Source: an uncultured Kineothrix sp. | GTDB lineage: Bacteria; Bacillota; Clostridia; Lachnospirales; Lachnospiraceae | DNA length: 64,000 nt | Assembly (NCBI GenBank): GCA_964519385.1 | Contig: CAZFLR010000007.1 | Span: 16,045 to 80,044, forward strand | Reading direction: 5' to 3' | In this document: positions 37,301 to 45,849 of the stretch, piece after piece | Layout: the number at the start of each line of letters is the position of its first letter | Position numbering within the stretch: the stretch's first letter is position 1 | Made by a program: the position numbers and the translations under genes | The notes under the pieces: generated by a model | The model's database searches: none | Seen by the model: only the letters and a program-made list of their open reading frames with translations | What the model was told of the DNA's origin: nothing

Positions 37301-37803
37301 AGATTACCTCCGACTGCTTTCAAACTACCAGTTCCTTTAAGAACCAGCATTCCGATTTCCTCTCCGGTTCCGTTTTTTTGCAAAGCCGCTGCGTAAGGAG
37401 AAGCTTTCAGAACATTATCTCCCTCCAGCGTAATCGTTACATTCCCCGCACTTCCATCCGCAATCTCAACCGCGGCCAAATACTCCGTACTCTGCCCCGA
37501 CAAGTCAATCGACACATCGGAAAGGGTAAGATTCACCGACACTCCGTCCGCTACTAAAATCTGATGCTCCGTCGTAGTTCCCGTAACCTTCACATTCTGA
37601 TTTTCCGTATAGGAATAGGTTTCCTCCCCGTACTGAATCGTATCTCTGCCAATTATAACGCTGCCCTGCGCAATATTCATTGCTGTTCCTTCATAAGAAA
37701 CCGCCCCCTGTGTTTCCGTCGCATTGCTGCTGACAGGAAAATTCCCCACGACTAACATCGCGCACAAAAGCACAGACAACATCCTCTTCATACAAGTTTT
37801 CAT
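34324..37803 (-). CDS. Large secreted surface protein: Ig-like/MBG-type repeats, a Cys-rich segment, and C-terminal BspA-type leucine-rich repeats
   Basis: 1159 aa. Signal peptide MKRMLSVLLCAMLVVGNFPVSSNA. Two internal repeats of about 85 aa (..DIELTYGDTDGAVV..GKITILKAGSASVKI.. and ..NLEFTYGDVNKQIE..GAITILAAGSATVKI..). C-terminal LRR (VTSIANNAFANNKKLTSVVIGKNVGKIGKKAFFNCKSLKTV). No LPXTG motif seen. Confidence 0.8.
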   Translation of the reverse strand: MKTCMKRMLSVLLCAMLVVGNFPVSSNATETQGAVSYEGTAMNIAQGSVIIGRDTIQYGEETYSYTENQNVKVTGTTTEHQILVADGVSVNLTLSDVSIDLSGQSTEYLAAVEIADGSAGNVTITLEGDNVLKASPYAAALQKNGTGEEIGMLVLKGTGSLKAVGGNLAAGIGADDVSSTENIKIKDGVITALPTEYADGIGVSRAMPGYTISRLVIDGGSLKTGLHESTVAVNSDGEGVMPLMIATDGESEVLINGKAYPKKHGTEKEIYAYLSIEDVNHVKVGEEEKDYFFYGILGQFVNHAKAPVAEAAVYGETLADVQLSTVSGGRWVWEDDTLSVGTVGTKAFTAQFVPDNTYTYYADPVTVSVTVLPKPITISGARVLPKEYDGTGNAEVTSVTFDDAQDTFTMGKDYTATAEFSDANAGVDKDVTVKVNLLNENYSLQTNTYIAKATIDKKLYYDIEASDIELTYGDTDGAVVASAVSGGKFSYAVTEGTDVISVDETTGKITILKAGSASVKIVLAGTANYMSKDKTISVNVNKKKIVPPRVNQENVFVYKGVPQTYVLAGTDDYQVTNVTKTAVGTYDAIVTLTDPDNTEWSGQLPVYIYSITKAPVTITADDKYVKDMEQRPEYTYKISGLVNGETIDFVPIISCATDMTIGTYPIEITGPAESDNYTFTYKNGTLTVAEKYSQSITAENLEFTYGDVNKQIEAQTNGDGTLSYEILEGEDVISVNKASGAITILAAGSATVKISATETENYSSAHKTIVIRVNKAENAPDMPKAELHVSCGTEYVGDVSLPTGWQWPVAARDDVLVAGSGVMDTAEYIGDDAGNYQNESIQIRIYRAAHTEGELLFDAADDVMPTCEEGGRGHVDCDICHKTIKKQVSAGALGHEYKALFVWSADGKGCVAQLICKRDSSHTAETSCEVTGKIKVPATCKSMGITTYTAVYGNDKSLKDVADIPKLTSHTWDGGVVTRKATTTAAGVKTYTCKICGEKKTEEIAILPLPKKGTTFKSPDGKAFYRVTKQGSEVEFKTPADKKAKKIVIPATIKVDGVTYKVTSIANNAFANNKKLTSVVIGKNVGKIGKKAFFNCKSLKTVTVNTTKLTAKNVGAGAWKGAGGKNYSKLTIKVPKKKLAAYKKLFKNKGLSSKAKVKK

Positions 37804-37872
37804 GTCCGAATCCTCTCATCTCATTCATAAATATAGTAGTTATTCTTGTAACGCAGAAATCAACCGACAACT

Positions 37873-39945
37873 TTATTCCATCACGTCTCTGATATCCGTC
37901 ATGCGATTAAAAAAGGGGTCTTCCACTGTCAGAGCCAAAAAATCCCTGTCTTTAATCTCCACATTTGTAATCAGTGCCAGCAAGGTCTCATCGAGTTTCT
38001 TGTTTACCCCTCTCGCCTTTCCCGGAAGAATAGATATGTATGTTTTAAAATAATCCAGAATTCCTTCCTGTGCCCTTCCGAAACAACGAATATCTTTCTC
38101 ACTTCTGGTCTCCTCCGCATAAACAGCCTCTCCTTCAGGCGTAAACTCCGATATCGACGGATGTGGTGCCGTCAGTATTGTCTCTAATATGTAGTAATGT
38201 TCAAAAATTGCACTCTCATTCTTTTCCGTTTCCCCATAAAACGGTTCTATATCGATACCTTTATCCCTCATAAACTCAGGTTCCGGCTGCAGGAAATATA
38301 ATCCCTTCAAAGGATTGTCCAAAAGCTTTTGCAGGTATAACTGCGTCGTTCCCTTCGCTACGAAATCAAAAATTGCAACCTCGCCTTGCGGATATCCCAG
38401 TTTCTCAATATACTTCCTGTAATTTTTCTTCTGTCGCGATGCCTTTTCCAATATCGCATCCCTATATTGCATCAAACCGCTTTCCTCATCCGGCGCACCA
38501 TCCCCGCACGGCTCTAGTCCGAACCGCACTTTCAGACATTCCTGTGATGTCCCGGAAAATTTCATACTGTTCACATACAGAATATCCTCTTCTGTCTCCA
38601 TACCGGCACGAATCGCCGCCGTTCGCGAGGTTAGAAAATAACGGACTCTTTTCCCCTCCGGCTCCAGTGCATCATACATTTTTTTTATTACATAACCGTC
38701 GCGGGCACAAAGCCAGATATCCCCGATTCCTCTTTTGGTCGTAATTTCATCCATCCATAATACAAAATCGGTAATCATCGCTCCACAGAGTAAATATCCG
38801 ATATCATATGTGTCCTCTATCTCAAGACTTCTGTTTTCCGTTTCAAAACAAAACGGATTATTCATCATTCGGGAGACAAACATGCCTATCTTTGTTCTGT
38901 CCGCCAACGTATTGGTCATATCCTCAGTTCCGAGACTTCCCAGTGCCTCAAACAATTCCATTCCGCTATGCAACCGGAATGTCTGAATTCTGCATTTTTC
39001 TGCCGGGAGAATATCTGCCGAGATATCATCGCCAATATGCAGATACACATCTGCTTTCACACGTTCCTTATACCGCTGAAACAGTTCCTGCGTTTTTCCC
39101 GTCTTTTCTTCGCTTGAAACAAGCAGACTGCTATAACCGGAAATTCCGCACAATTCCAAAAGCGTTTCAATCTGTTCCCGACTATAATAAGTATCAGTGA
39201 TAATATAAACCGGTTTGCCGAGCCTGACAATTCTCTTCAGGATTTCGACCGTTTCCCGTCGCGGAAGAACTACCTGCTGTTCTATCTCCCACTCTGTTTC
39301 TGCTGCCTTTTCCGGAGAAACATCCACATTGCCGTCCAACATCTGTATTGCTCGTTCATATATTTGTTCCAGTGTCGGTGCTTCTGTCTTGGACAATTCC
39401 TTTTCTGCTGCCAGCCTTGCATTCTCCAGCTCTCCCGGATGAAATCCTTTCTCCTCAAGGGAAAGCTTAACCAGCTCAAAAATATCCGTATACGAATATA
39501 AGCATCTGGTAACCAGCGTATCAAACAAATCAAAGCTCACCACGTCCGCACTGTGTATTTTTTCCAAAAGCTGTTTCTTCGTCGATGCTTCAAAGTCACG
39601 GAAATTATAAATTATGCGATTAGAAATAAGCAAATCTTTTCCCCTGACATCAAACAAAGCAATTCCTTGCTCGGTACACATTTCTCCGATACGCCTTTTA
39701 ATCGCTTTACAGGATCCCGGACGCGCCACTACAATAATCAGCTTCACCCGCGCTTTTACCGCATCATCAAAAGACACTATCTTCTTTCCGTACAACATTC
39801 CCGAATCCGTGAACCCATCCAGCAGACCAAAGATGTCAAATTCGTTATCCAAAGCTGCAATGACTTTTTCCGTCTCGGTTCCCAGACCGTACAGGGCAAT
39901 TCTTTCCTTCCTGTATGCACTTAATACTTCCAGTAGTTTTTCCAT
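37873..39945 (-). CDS. Multidomain protein: N-terminal small Rossmann-like module, COG5610-type HAD-superfamily hydrolase domain, and an uncharacterised C-terminal half
   Basis: 690 aa. RIALYGLGTETEKVI at the N-terminus. VVSFDLFDTLVTR (HAD motif I variant) and HIGDDISADI (motif IV-like). Confidence 0.65.
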   Translation of the reverse strand: MEKLLEVLSAYRKERIALYGLGTETEKVIAALDNEFDIFGLLDGFTDSGMLYGKKIVSFDDAVKARVKLIIVVARPGSCKAIKRRIGEMCTEQGIALFDVRGKDLLISNRIIYNFRDFEASTKKQLLEKIHSADVVSFDLFDTLVTRCLYSYTDIFELVKLSLEEKGFHPGELENARLAAEKELSKTEAPTLEQIYERAIQMLDGNVDVSPEKAAETEWEIEQQVVLPRRETVEILKRIVRLGKPVYIITDTYYSREQIETLLELCGISGYSSLLVSSEEKTGKTQELFQRYKERVKADVYLHIGDDISADILPAEKCRIQTFRLHSGMELFEALGSLGTEDMTNTLADRTKIGMFVSRMMNNPFCFETENRSLEIEDTYDIGYLLCGAMITDFVLWMDEITTKRGIGDIWLCARDGYVIKKMYDALEPEGKRVRYFLTSRTAAIRAGMETEEDILYVNSMKFSGTSQECLKVRFGLEPCGDGAPDEESGLMQYRDAILEKASRQKKNYRKYIEKLGYPQGEVAIFDFVAKGTTQLYLQKLLDNPLKGLYFLQPEPEFMRDKGIDIEPFYGETEKNESAIFEHYYILETILTAPHPSISEFTPEGEAVYAEETRSEKDIRCFGRAQEGILDYFKTYISILPGKARGVNKKLDETLLALITNVEIKDRDFLALTVEDPFFNRMTDIRDVME

Positions 39946-39959
39946 AGTCTCCCCTTCCG

Positions 39960-40973
39960 TTATTTTTCAAACGAAGACTTTTGAGGAAAACGCTTTTCTA
40001 AAGCCGCATTAATGGCAGCCTTCATCTTTTCAAATTCCTCAGGTGTACAATTCTCATTAAAGCTTATCATCTGATAATTCGCACTTTCTATCGCATCTAC
40101 GACTTCCTGATATGTGTCAATATTCGGAAAAAACACCTTTCCCTGCGTTCTGCGCGGATAAAAATCGCCTTCACAAAGCTGCCAGTAGCGCACAAGATAC
40201 TGGGTCACATCCGTATGTCCGCGAAAACGGTTTTGAGAGCCTGCGTCCAGTGCTTCCGGCTCGAGCTCCCAAAGCTTTTTCAACGTGGATTTCTTAAACG
40301 CATTCGCCATATGCGGGTCATAAAAACCCGGAAAATCATACCAGTATTCTAACGACCTCGTCCGCTCCAGCCGGTCGCCGTACTCCTCACAGAACCACTG
40401 CTCCGGATGCTCTGCCTGCACTTTTCTCTTTTTAAAATACTTATTGATGATAAACATGTGATTCACCTGAGCATAACGGGTTGCATGAGAAACCGCGCCA
40501 AACGAAGTAGTCGTAATGATATTTTCTACTGCTTCATCACATACCTTATCATTTTTAAAGTAGTAAGTCTCCTCTATCGTTTGCAGCGGAAAAAGGTCAT
40601 CATTAAACAAAATGTAATTCTCAGACAACGATTCTATCCTGTGCAAATTCATTTCTATTGTTCCGGCATTAAAAGTCGGCAAATATTTTTCCGGTATGTA
40701 GTCAGAATGCTTTACACACACAAGTTTCGGATGTTCCTTTACCAAAAAATCCGGCAGATGTCCGCACGTAATCAGATAAATCCTGTGTACCCACGGCATA
40801 TATTTTTCTATCGCCCGAAACCAGTAATGCAGATTGTCCCAGCTTTGAAAACGGACATTGGATGACTCAAATGCCTCATATCCTCCCTCAAGTGCATACT
40901 TCCTTCTCTCTTCATTCCAAACGGGATCCTTTTCATTCACCCATGGTATCACGATATCAATCGGCTGATTCAT
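39960..40973 (-). CDS. Stealth-family hexose-1-phosphate transferase (capsule phosphotransferase-like)
   Basis: IDIVIPWVNEKDPVW (CR1), LHYWFRAIEKYMPWVHRIYLITCGHLPDFL (CR2), ILFNDDLFP (CR3). Start at the ATG preceded by AGAGGGAA. Confidence 0.8.
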   Translation of the reverse strand: MNQPIDIVIPWVNEKDPVWNEERRKYALEGGYEAFESSNVRFQSWDNLHYWFRAIEKYMPWVHRIYLITCGHLPDFLVKEHPKLVCVKHSDYIPEKYLPTFNAGTIEMNLHRIESLSENYILFNDDLFPLQTIEETYYFKNDKVCDEAVENIITTTSFGAVSHATRYAQVNHMFIINKYFKKRKVQAEHPEQWFCEEYGDRLERTRSLEYWYDFPGFYDPHMANAFKKSTLKKLWELEPEALDAGSQNRFRGHTDVTQYLVRYWQLCEGDFYPRRTQGKVFFPNIDTYQEVVDAIESANYQMISFNENCTPEEFEKMKAAINAALEKRFPQKSSFEK

Positions 40974-41002
40974 AAACAATTCCCTCTTTTCTTTCTCCGG
41001 TG

Positions 41003-42172
41003 CTAATATATGTGTCTAAATTCCTTCCGGATAATTTTCTCTTCCTCTATTCCTTTTTCCACAAGACCTTTTTTAATGCTGTCTGCCAGCATCCTATTTC
41101 CGACAGCTATCAAAATCACATCTGCATCTGTCTTTGTCAGTGTTTCCGGCGATTGCACCTCAAATCCCTGCCGCCTGTATATATCATAATCCCGGTCCAC
41201 CCACCCGGCAATATTATAATGAAAACAGGAAAGCTGACGATGTATATCCTGTCCGCATTTTCCGGCCCCGTAGATAACAATTTTCTTATCTCTCAGTTCT
41301 CCACAGTCAGTCTGGAACTCCGGAAGATATACGATTTCATTATCAAACCCCATATACTCATTCAACGCGTTGCACGTAAGCTGCGCAATCCATCGCTGAA
41401 GCTGGGCAGTCAGCACATTTTTTAAATAGTGTTCCGAAAATATACTTTCTAATTCCAGATATAATTTATTAATATCAATCAACATTTCTTTATTAGTTGA
41501 ATGAACTGCTGAATCTTCCCTATACCGATAATAATAAAGCGGCTCGTGCACGATTTTGACTGATTTACATTTCAATATGTACTCATACAAAAACAATGCA
41601 TCCTCTGCATACCGGATATCGCACTCTAATCCGTGCACCAGCTTCTCCACCAGACTTCGCCGAAATAATTTCCCCGGCAGACCCGAAATCAGTCGATGTA
41701 TCTTAAAACTTTCCAAATCATATATCATGGTACCGACTAACTGCTCATAATCATCTCCCTCATATATGTTTTCCTCATAAGCATTGCTGTATACTGTCTC
41801 CTTTATATTTGCATACTGCCTATACATATCAAAGCAGAGCAATTCGGTTTTACCTATGTTTCCAACCATCTGTTCAATCATATCACATGTCACATAATCA
41901 TCACTATCAACGAAGCTTATAAATTCGCCGGATGCCTGTTCGATCCCCGCCTTTCTGGCCGAAACTACTCCGCCGTTCTCTTTTGCCACAACATGGACAC
42001 GCACATCTCTTTTCTCATAATCCCTAAGCACGGAAAGCGAGTCATCCGTTGAACCGTCATCTACACAGATGACTTCTATATCCCGAAACGTCTGGGCAAG
42101 TACGCTGTCTATACACTCTTTCAAATAACATTCTGTGTTATACACCGGTATAACAATTGAAACAAGCGGCAT
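41003..42172 (-). CDS. GT2-family glycosyltransferase with a C-terminal small Rossmann-like module
   Basis: VSIVIPVYNTECYL, VDDGSTDDS, FVDSDDY. The C-terminus has KKIVIYGAGKCGQDI. Start at the ATG preceded by GGGGGGAG. Confidence 0.8.
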   Translation of the reverse strand: MPLVSIVIPVYNTECYLKECIDSVLAQTFRDIEVICVDDGSTDDSLSVLRDYEKRDVRVHVVAKENGGVVSARKAGIEQASGEFISFVDSDDYVTCDMIEQMVGNIGKTELLCFDMYRQYANIKETVYSNAYEENIYEGDDYEQLVGTMIYDLESFKIHRLISGLPGKLFRRSLVEKLVHGLECDIRYAEDALFLYEYILKCKSVKIVHEPLYYYRYREDSAVHSTNKEMLIDINKLYLELESIFSEHYLKNVLTAQLQRWIAQLTCNALNEYMGFDNEIVYLPEFQTDCGELRDKKIVIYGAGKCGQDIHRQLSCFHYNIAGWVDRDYDIYRRQGFEVQSPETLTKTDADVILIAVGNRMLADSIKKGLVEKGIEEEKIIRKEFRHIY

Positions 42173-42184
42173 TTTCACTCCCCC

Positions 42185-42658
42185 CTATTCTTCAGTAAAT
42201 ATATCAAAGCTAAAAATCGCACTTGTCACCGAGACCAAATCCTCCTGTCTGACTCCCTGATTCATAAAATCTTCAAACACGGCATTTTCGTGAAACAAGC
42301 TGCAAATCATTATCTTTTCTATCTCGCCGGATTGATATCGCCTCAAAACCTCATTTGGCGACACCACTTCTGTCTGACATACCCCCTGCGGAAAGCGGGT
42401 GAAATTCCTGTCACCGATACACCTTACCTCCACCGGAGAATCGGACCCGTGCAAATCGCGCAGTATATATTCCGTAAATTCCGTGACCGCATACAAGGCA
42501 ATTTTTTCTGTCTGTATTTGTTCAAAAAAAACACCTATATTCCAGCCACGCAATTTATTTTCCAGATAGCGCATGACTACCGGGCACTGATAACGATATC
42601 TCTCATTGCGCTCAGCCGAATTATATTTTGTTACGATTTTTTTTACCTTAGGAAACAT
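42185..42658 (-). CDS. Stand-alone copy of the small Rossmann-like module (function unknown)
   Basis: 157 aa. EKIALYAVTEFTEYILRDL ... EKIMICSLFHENAVFEDFMNQGV is collinear with the modules fused to three neighbouring enzymes. Tightly packed in the operon, with 2-6 nt gaps. Confidence 0.6.
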   Translation of the reverse strand: MFPKVKKIVTKYNSAERNERYRYQCPVVMRYLENKLRGWNIGVFFEQIQTEKIALYAVTEFTEYILRDLHGSDSPVEVRCIGDRNFTRFPQGVCQTEVVSPNEVLRRYQSGEIEKIMICSLFHENAVFEDFMNQGVRQEDLVSVTSAIFSFDIFTEE

Positions 42659-42660
42659 AG

Positions 42661-43734
42661 CTATCTCCCTTCTTTTACGTCCAGCATCTCCTTTAAAAAC
42701 TCAACGGACTTTTCTCTTTCACGCTGTATCTTCGCGCTGATATCGGAAAAATCCATAGACCCTGAAACCTGTGTGACATCCATATATGTATCCACTATCC
42801 TGTTTCCGATTTCCATTTTTTCCGTCAGCATGTCAAATCTGCTTCTCATAGAATCCACAACAAACAAATAAAACGGCGTTTTAAACTGCACGGAAAACAG
42901 CGTGGCATGATAAGAATTCGTCACTACCATCCGGGCATTTTGAATATACCACAGAAAATTTTCTACCCCTTCATACATCATGCAGCCGTCATCTTTGCTG
43001 AACATATATGGCGGAGCACCCGGAATAGAATGCACCACCGCAAGGTTATATTTTCTGGAGAGCATATTTACAAACTCTACCCCTTTCATAAGCTCATGGT
43101 CATGTTCCAGCCAGAAAAAGAACAGAAAAGGCTTATCCCTCAGCGTCTCTTTTGCAATGATATCTTTATATTCCTCCGGTTCCAGAAGCAAAGTCGGATC
43201 CACAACCGTTCTGCATTCCATTCCGCTCGCTGCAGTCATAAAGGAAAGCTGATCTTTTTCCCTTAGGGAAATCCCCTTGAACTTAGACGCATACTTCACA
43301 AATATATCCTCATACGCCTTAGCTCTCTCAGCCGACATACCAACACTGACGGCATAGGAAAATCGCGGTGAGGAATCAGCCAGATATGCGAATAAATAAT
43401 TCTCATTCACCGTCGCAAATTCAAAATTCCACACCTGATCGCTTCCGACGCAGTAATAATCATAAGAAGCATCCGTCACTTCATGAATCATAGGCTGATT
43501 CAATCCGCATTTTTCCCGCAAAAAACTTTCAAAATGCGCTCTCTTTTCCATCATATGTACATAGGATTCCTCTGTGTTGGCAGGTGTCGCATACGCATAC
43601 CCTTCCGGTACATAATTAATAAGCTCCGCCTGATATCCTTCCAGCGAATTTATACGTCTGCGCAGCGCATATGCCTGTAAAACCGCCCCATAATTATTGG
43701 CATATTGGAATGTTAAAATACCGACTTTTTTCAT
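42661..43734 (-). CDS. Polysaccharide pyruvyl transferase family protein
   Basis: 357 aa. KVGILTFQYANNYGAVLQAYAL and TNSYHATLFS are typical of the family. Confidence 0.8.
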   Translation of the reverse strand: MKKVGILTFQYANNYGAVLQAYALRRRINSLEGYQAELINYVPEGYAYATPANTEESYVHMMEKRAHFESFLREKCGLNQPMIHEVTDASYDYYCVGSDQVWNFEFATVNENYLFAYLADSSPRFSYAVSVGMSAERAKAYEDIFVKYASKFKGISLREKDQLSFMTAASGMECRTVVDPTLLLEPEEYKDIIAKETLRDKPFLFFFWLEHDHELMKGVEFVNMLSRKYNLAVVHSIPGAPPYMFSKDDGCMMYEGVENFLWYIQNARMVVTNSYHATLFSVQFKTPFYLFVVDSMRSRFDMLTEKMEIGNRIVDTYMDVTQVSGSMDFSDISAKIQREREKSVEFLKEMLDVKEGR

Positions 43735-43746
43735 ATTGCTCCTCTT

Positions 43747-45849
43747 CTACACCTCTACAGAATATATTGTGGCATTCGGATATTTTTTTCGTATGTCCTT
43801 TTTTACCTCAGCCATAAATTGTCCGGCCGCAACCACCCATATACAATCCGTTCTCTCCTCAGGATTTTGCGCCACGAACTCATCAAATGTGCAAATACCC
43901 TGCTTCTTTACATGATTGTCAATAATACACTCTATCTGCTTCTCATATTTGCGGGCAAACATCCGTCCCAGTATACCATAGCCATATAATATAATCTTTG
44001 ATGACTGAAATACATCCTCATGTGTGGATGCCTTTTGTCTCTTCCAGTTAACCTCATCCCTTATGCATGCTCCATTCGCTTTTCCTGCCACAATTGCATG
44101 CTCCGGCATATTTTTATTTACCACCGTCTGCGCCGTAATCAGACTGTCCTGCCCGATTCGCACACCCTTTAACACTGTCACGTTCGAGGTCAGCCATACA
44201 TGATTTTCGATGACAACTTCCTTCGCCGGATTTACCGAAGCTCCGCAGTCGTTCTGCAGTTGATGAAAATCGCTGTCATAAATCATAATATTTCTACCCA
44301 GCATCACATCTTCACCCAGAACCACTTTTTTTGCAACAATAATGACACTTCCGCCGTTTGCCGTAAAAAATCCGGTATCCAACAAAGCATTTTCCTTAAC
44401 CTCGACTACCGTATTATAAAACAACGCGCCTCCGTGATGCATATTCCATAAAGCCTTATCATTCATTCTGACATGTGTTTCAGATTTTGAGCCTCTCAAT
44501 TTATTAATTCCGATTTCAAAATCTTTGTCTCCATGTACATAAATTCTCGCCGTCTTATCAAGATCCAGTATCGCATTTTTATACGGAATCAGCTTCGCAG
44601 TTCCTAAGCGCACCACATTCTTTGAACAGTAATTGTAAAAAAGATACTTTAAAACAGATATTTCTCCATGATTTTTATATTTCTTTTTATCTTTTTTCAA
44701 TTCTCTGCAGATATATAATGGTCCGTGTTTTTTCTTTGTACTTTTCTCTTCACCTATACATTGCCGTACAGCTTCGCTGAATGTTTTTTCTTTTATCAGC
44801 TCTGCAAACTTTTCTGTCTTCCCGGAGTTTGCCGGATTCTGTAATAATGCTTTATTTCCCGGCAAAACATCCTCTATCATCTTTTCCCTGATATACAGGC
44901 TTCCTTTTGCTCTTTCAAATAACCGCTTCCCTTTTTCCGTATTCAGCATCAGAACCGAAATCCCCTGAAACATATCATACTCGGACTCTCCGGCTATCCC
45001 CCAAAAATCACCGATTGTGATATCTGAAACCTTTCTCGGCAATGTTCTGTACCGGCATTCAAAACAGGATTCTCTCGTGTATAAATCATTTCCCACAAAT
45101 CCTTTTACCCACAAATCCTCATTTTTATCCTTATGGTATTCTGCTCCGTTTTCAAAACAAACCCGGGTCGCAAGACTCCGCCATCCGGTTTTCTTGTTTT
45201 TAAGGTGCACCATAGTTGCCTTCGCCCCATATTCCTTCTCAAGGTCGGAAATGTATTCTCTGAATGCGAGCGGTGAATTGATACTCCTGCAAATAAAGTC
45301 CATATAATATATTTCTGCTTTGGTATCGCCCAGATACATGGACATTGCTGCATTCTGGCACGGAGTTCCGCAGAACAAAACCTCTTTGCCCTTTTTCAGT
45401 TCTTCTTTTACCGCCTTATAAATTCCTTCCGTATCGCTTTGGAAATATTTTGAGCCACACAGACATTCCAATTCTTCCATTGTACGTGCCAGAAAATGAT
45501 TGGCACTTTTATAGTTCTCGCCATAACGACAACCGGCTACTGCACCTCCGTTTTCTATAATCTTTCTTGCAAGCTCATAGAAAACGCCTCCAGAGGTACT
45601 CTGATTTCTAAGGGTAGAATCCTTACTCCAGGCTGCCCAGACCACCGGCTCATTCCCCTCCGGCACTTGTTCCGCTTGAAGCGAAGGGCATTTTTTCTCA
45701 CACAAACCACAATCCGTACACTTCTCTTTATCAATGTGAGGATACCAAAATCCTTTCTCGTCTGTCTCAAACGTAATCGCACCGTGCGGGCAGACATCTG
45801 CGCACATCTTGCACCCGGTACATTGACCTTTTGTCATATCACCTATCAT
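43747..45849 (-). CDS. Tri-domain fusion: 2x[4Fe-4S] ferredoxin plus FrhB-like (coenzyme F420 hydrogenase/dehydrogenase beta-like) domain, a left-handed beta-helix acyltransferase, and a small Rossmann-like module
   Basis: 700 aa. CTGCKMCADVCP and CTDCGLCEKKCP; SGGVFYE and LFCGTPCQ (FrhB-like). Hexapeptide region VVLGEDVMLGRNIMIYDSDFH..VVIENHVWLTSNVTVLKGVRIGQDSLITAQTVV. C-terminus KIILYGYGILGRMF. Confidence 0.75.
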   Translation of the reverse strand: MIGDMTKGQCTGCKMCADVCPHGAITFETDEKGFWYPHIDKEKCTDCGLCEKKCPSLQAEQVPEGNEPVVWAAWSKDSTLRNQSTSGGVFYELARKIIENGGAVAGCRYGENYKSANHFLARTMEELECLCGSKYFQSDTEGIYKAVKEELKKGKEVLFCGTPCQNAAMSMYLGDTKAEIYYMDFICRSINSPLAFREYISDLEKEYGAKATMVHLKNKKTGWRSLATRVCFENGAEYHKDKNEDLWVKGFVGNDLYTRESCFECRYRTLPRKVSDITIGDFWGIAGESEYDMFQGISVLMLNTEKGKRLFERAKGSLYIREKMIEDVLPGNKALLQNPANSGKTEKFAELIKEKTFSEAVRQCIGEEKSTKKKHGPLYICRELKKDKKKYKNHGEISVLKYLFYNYCSKNVVRLGTAKLIPYKNAILDLDKTARIYVHGDKDFEIGINKLRGSKSETHVRMNDKALWNMHHGGALFYNTVVEVKENALLDTGFFTANGGSVIIVAKKVVLGEDVMLGRNIMIYDSDFHQLQNDCGASVNPAKEVVIENHVWLTSNVTVLKGVRIGQDSLITAQTVVNKNMPEHAIVAGKANGACIRDEVNWKRQKASTHEDVFQSSKIILYGYGILGRMFARKYEKQIECIIDNHVKKQGICTFDEFVAQNPEERTDCIWVVAAGQFMAEVKKDIRKKYPNATIYSVEV

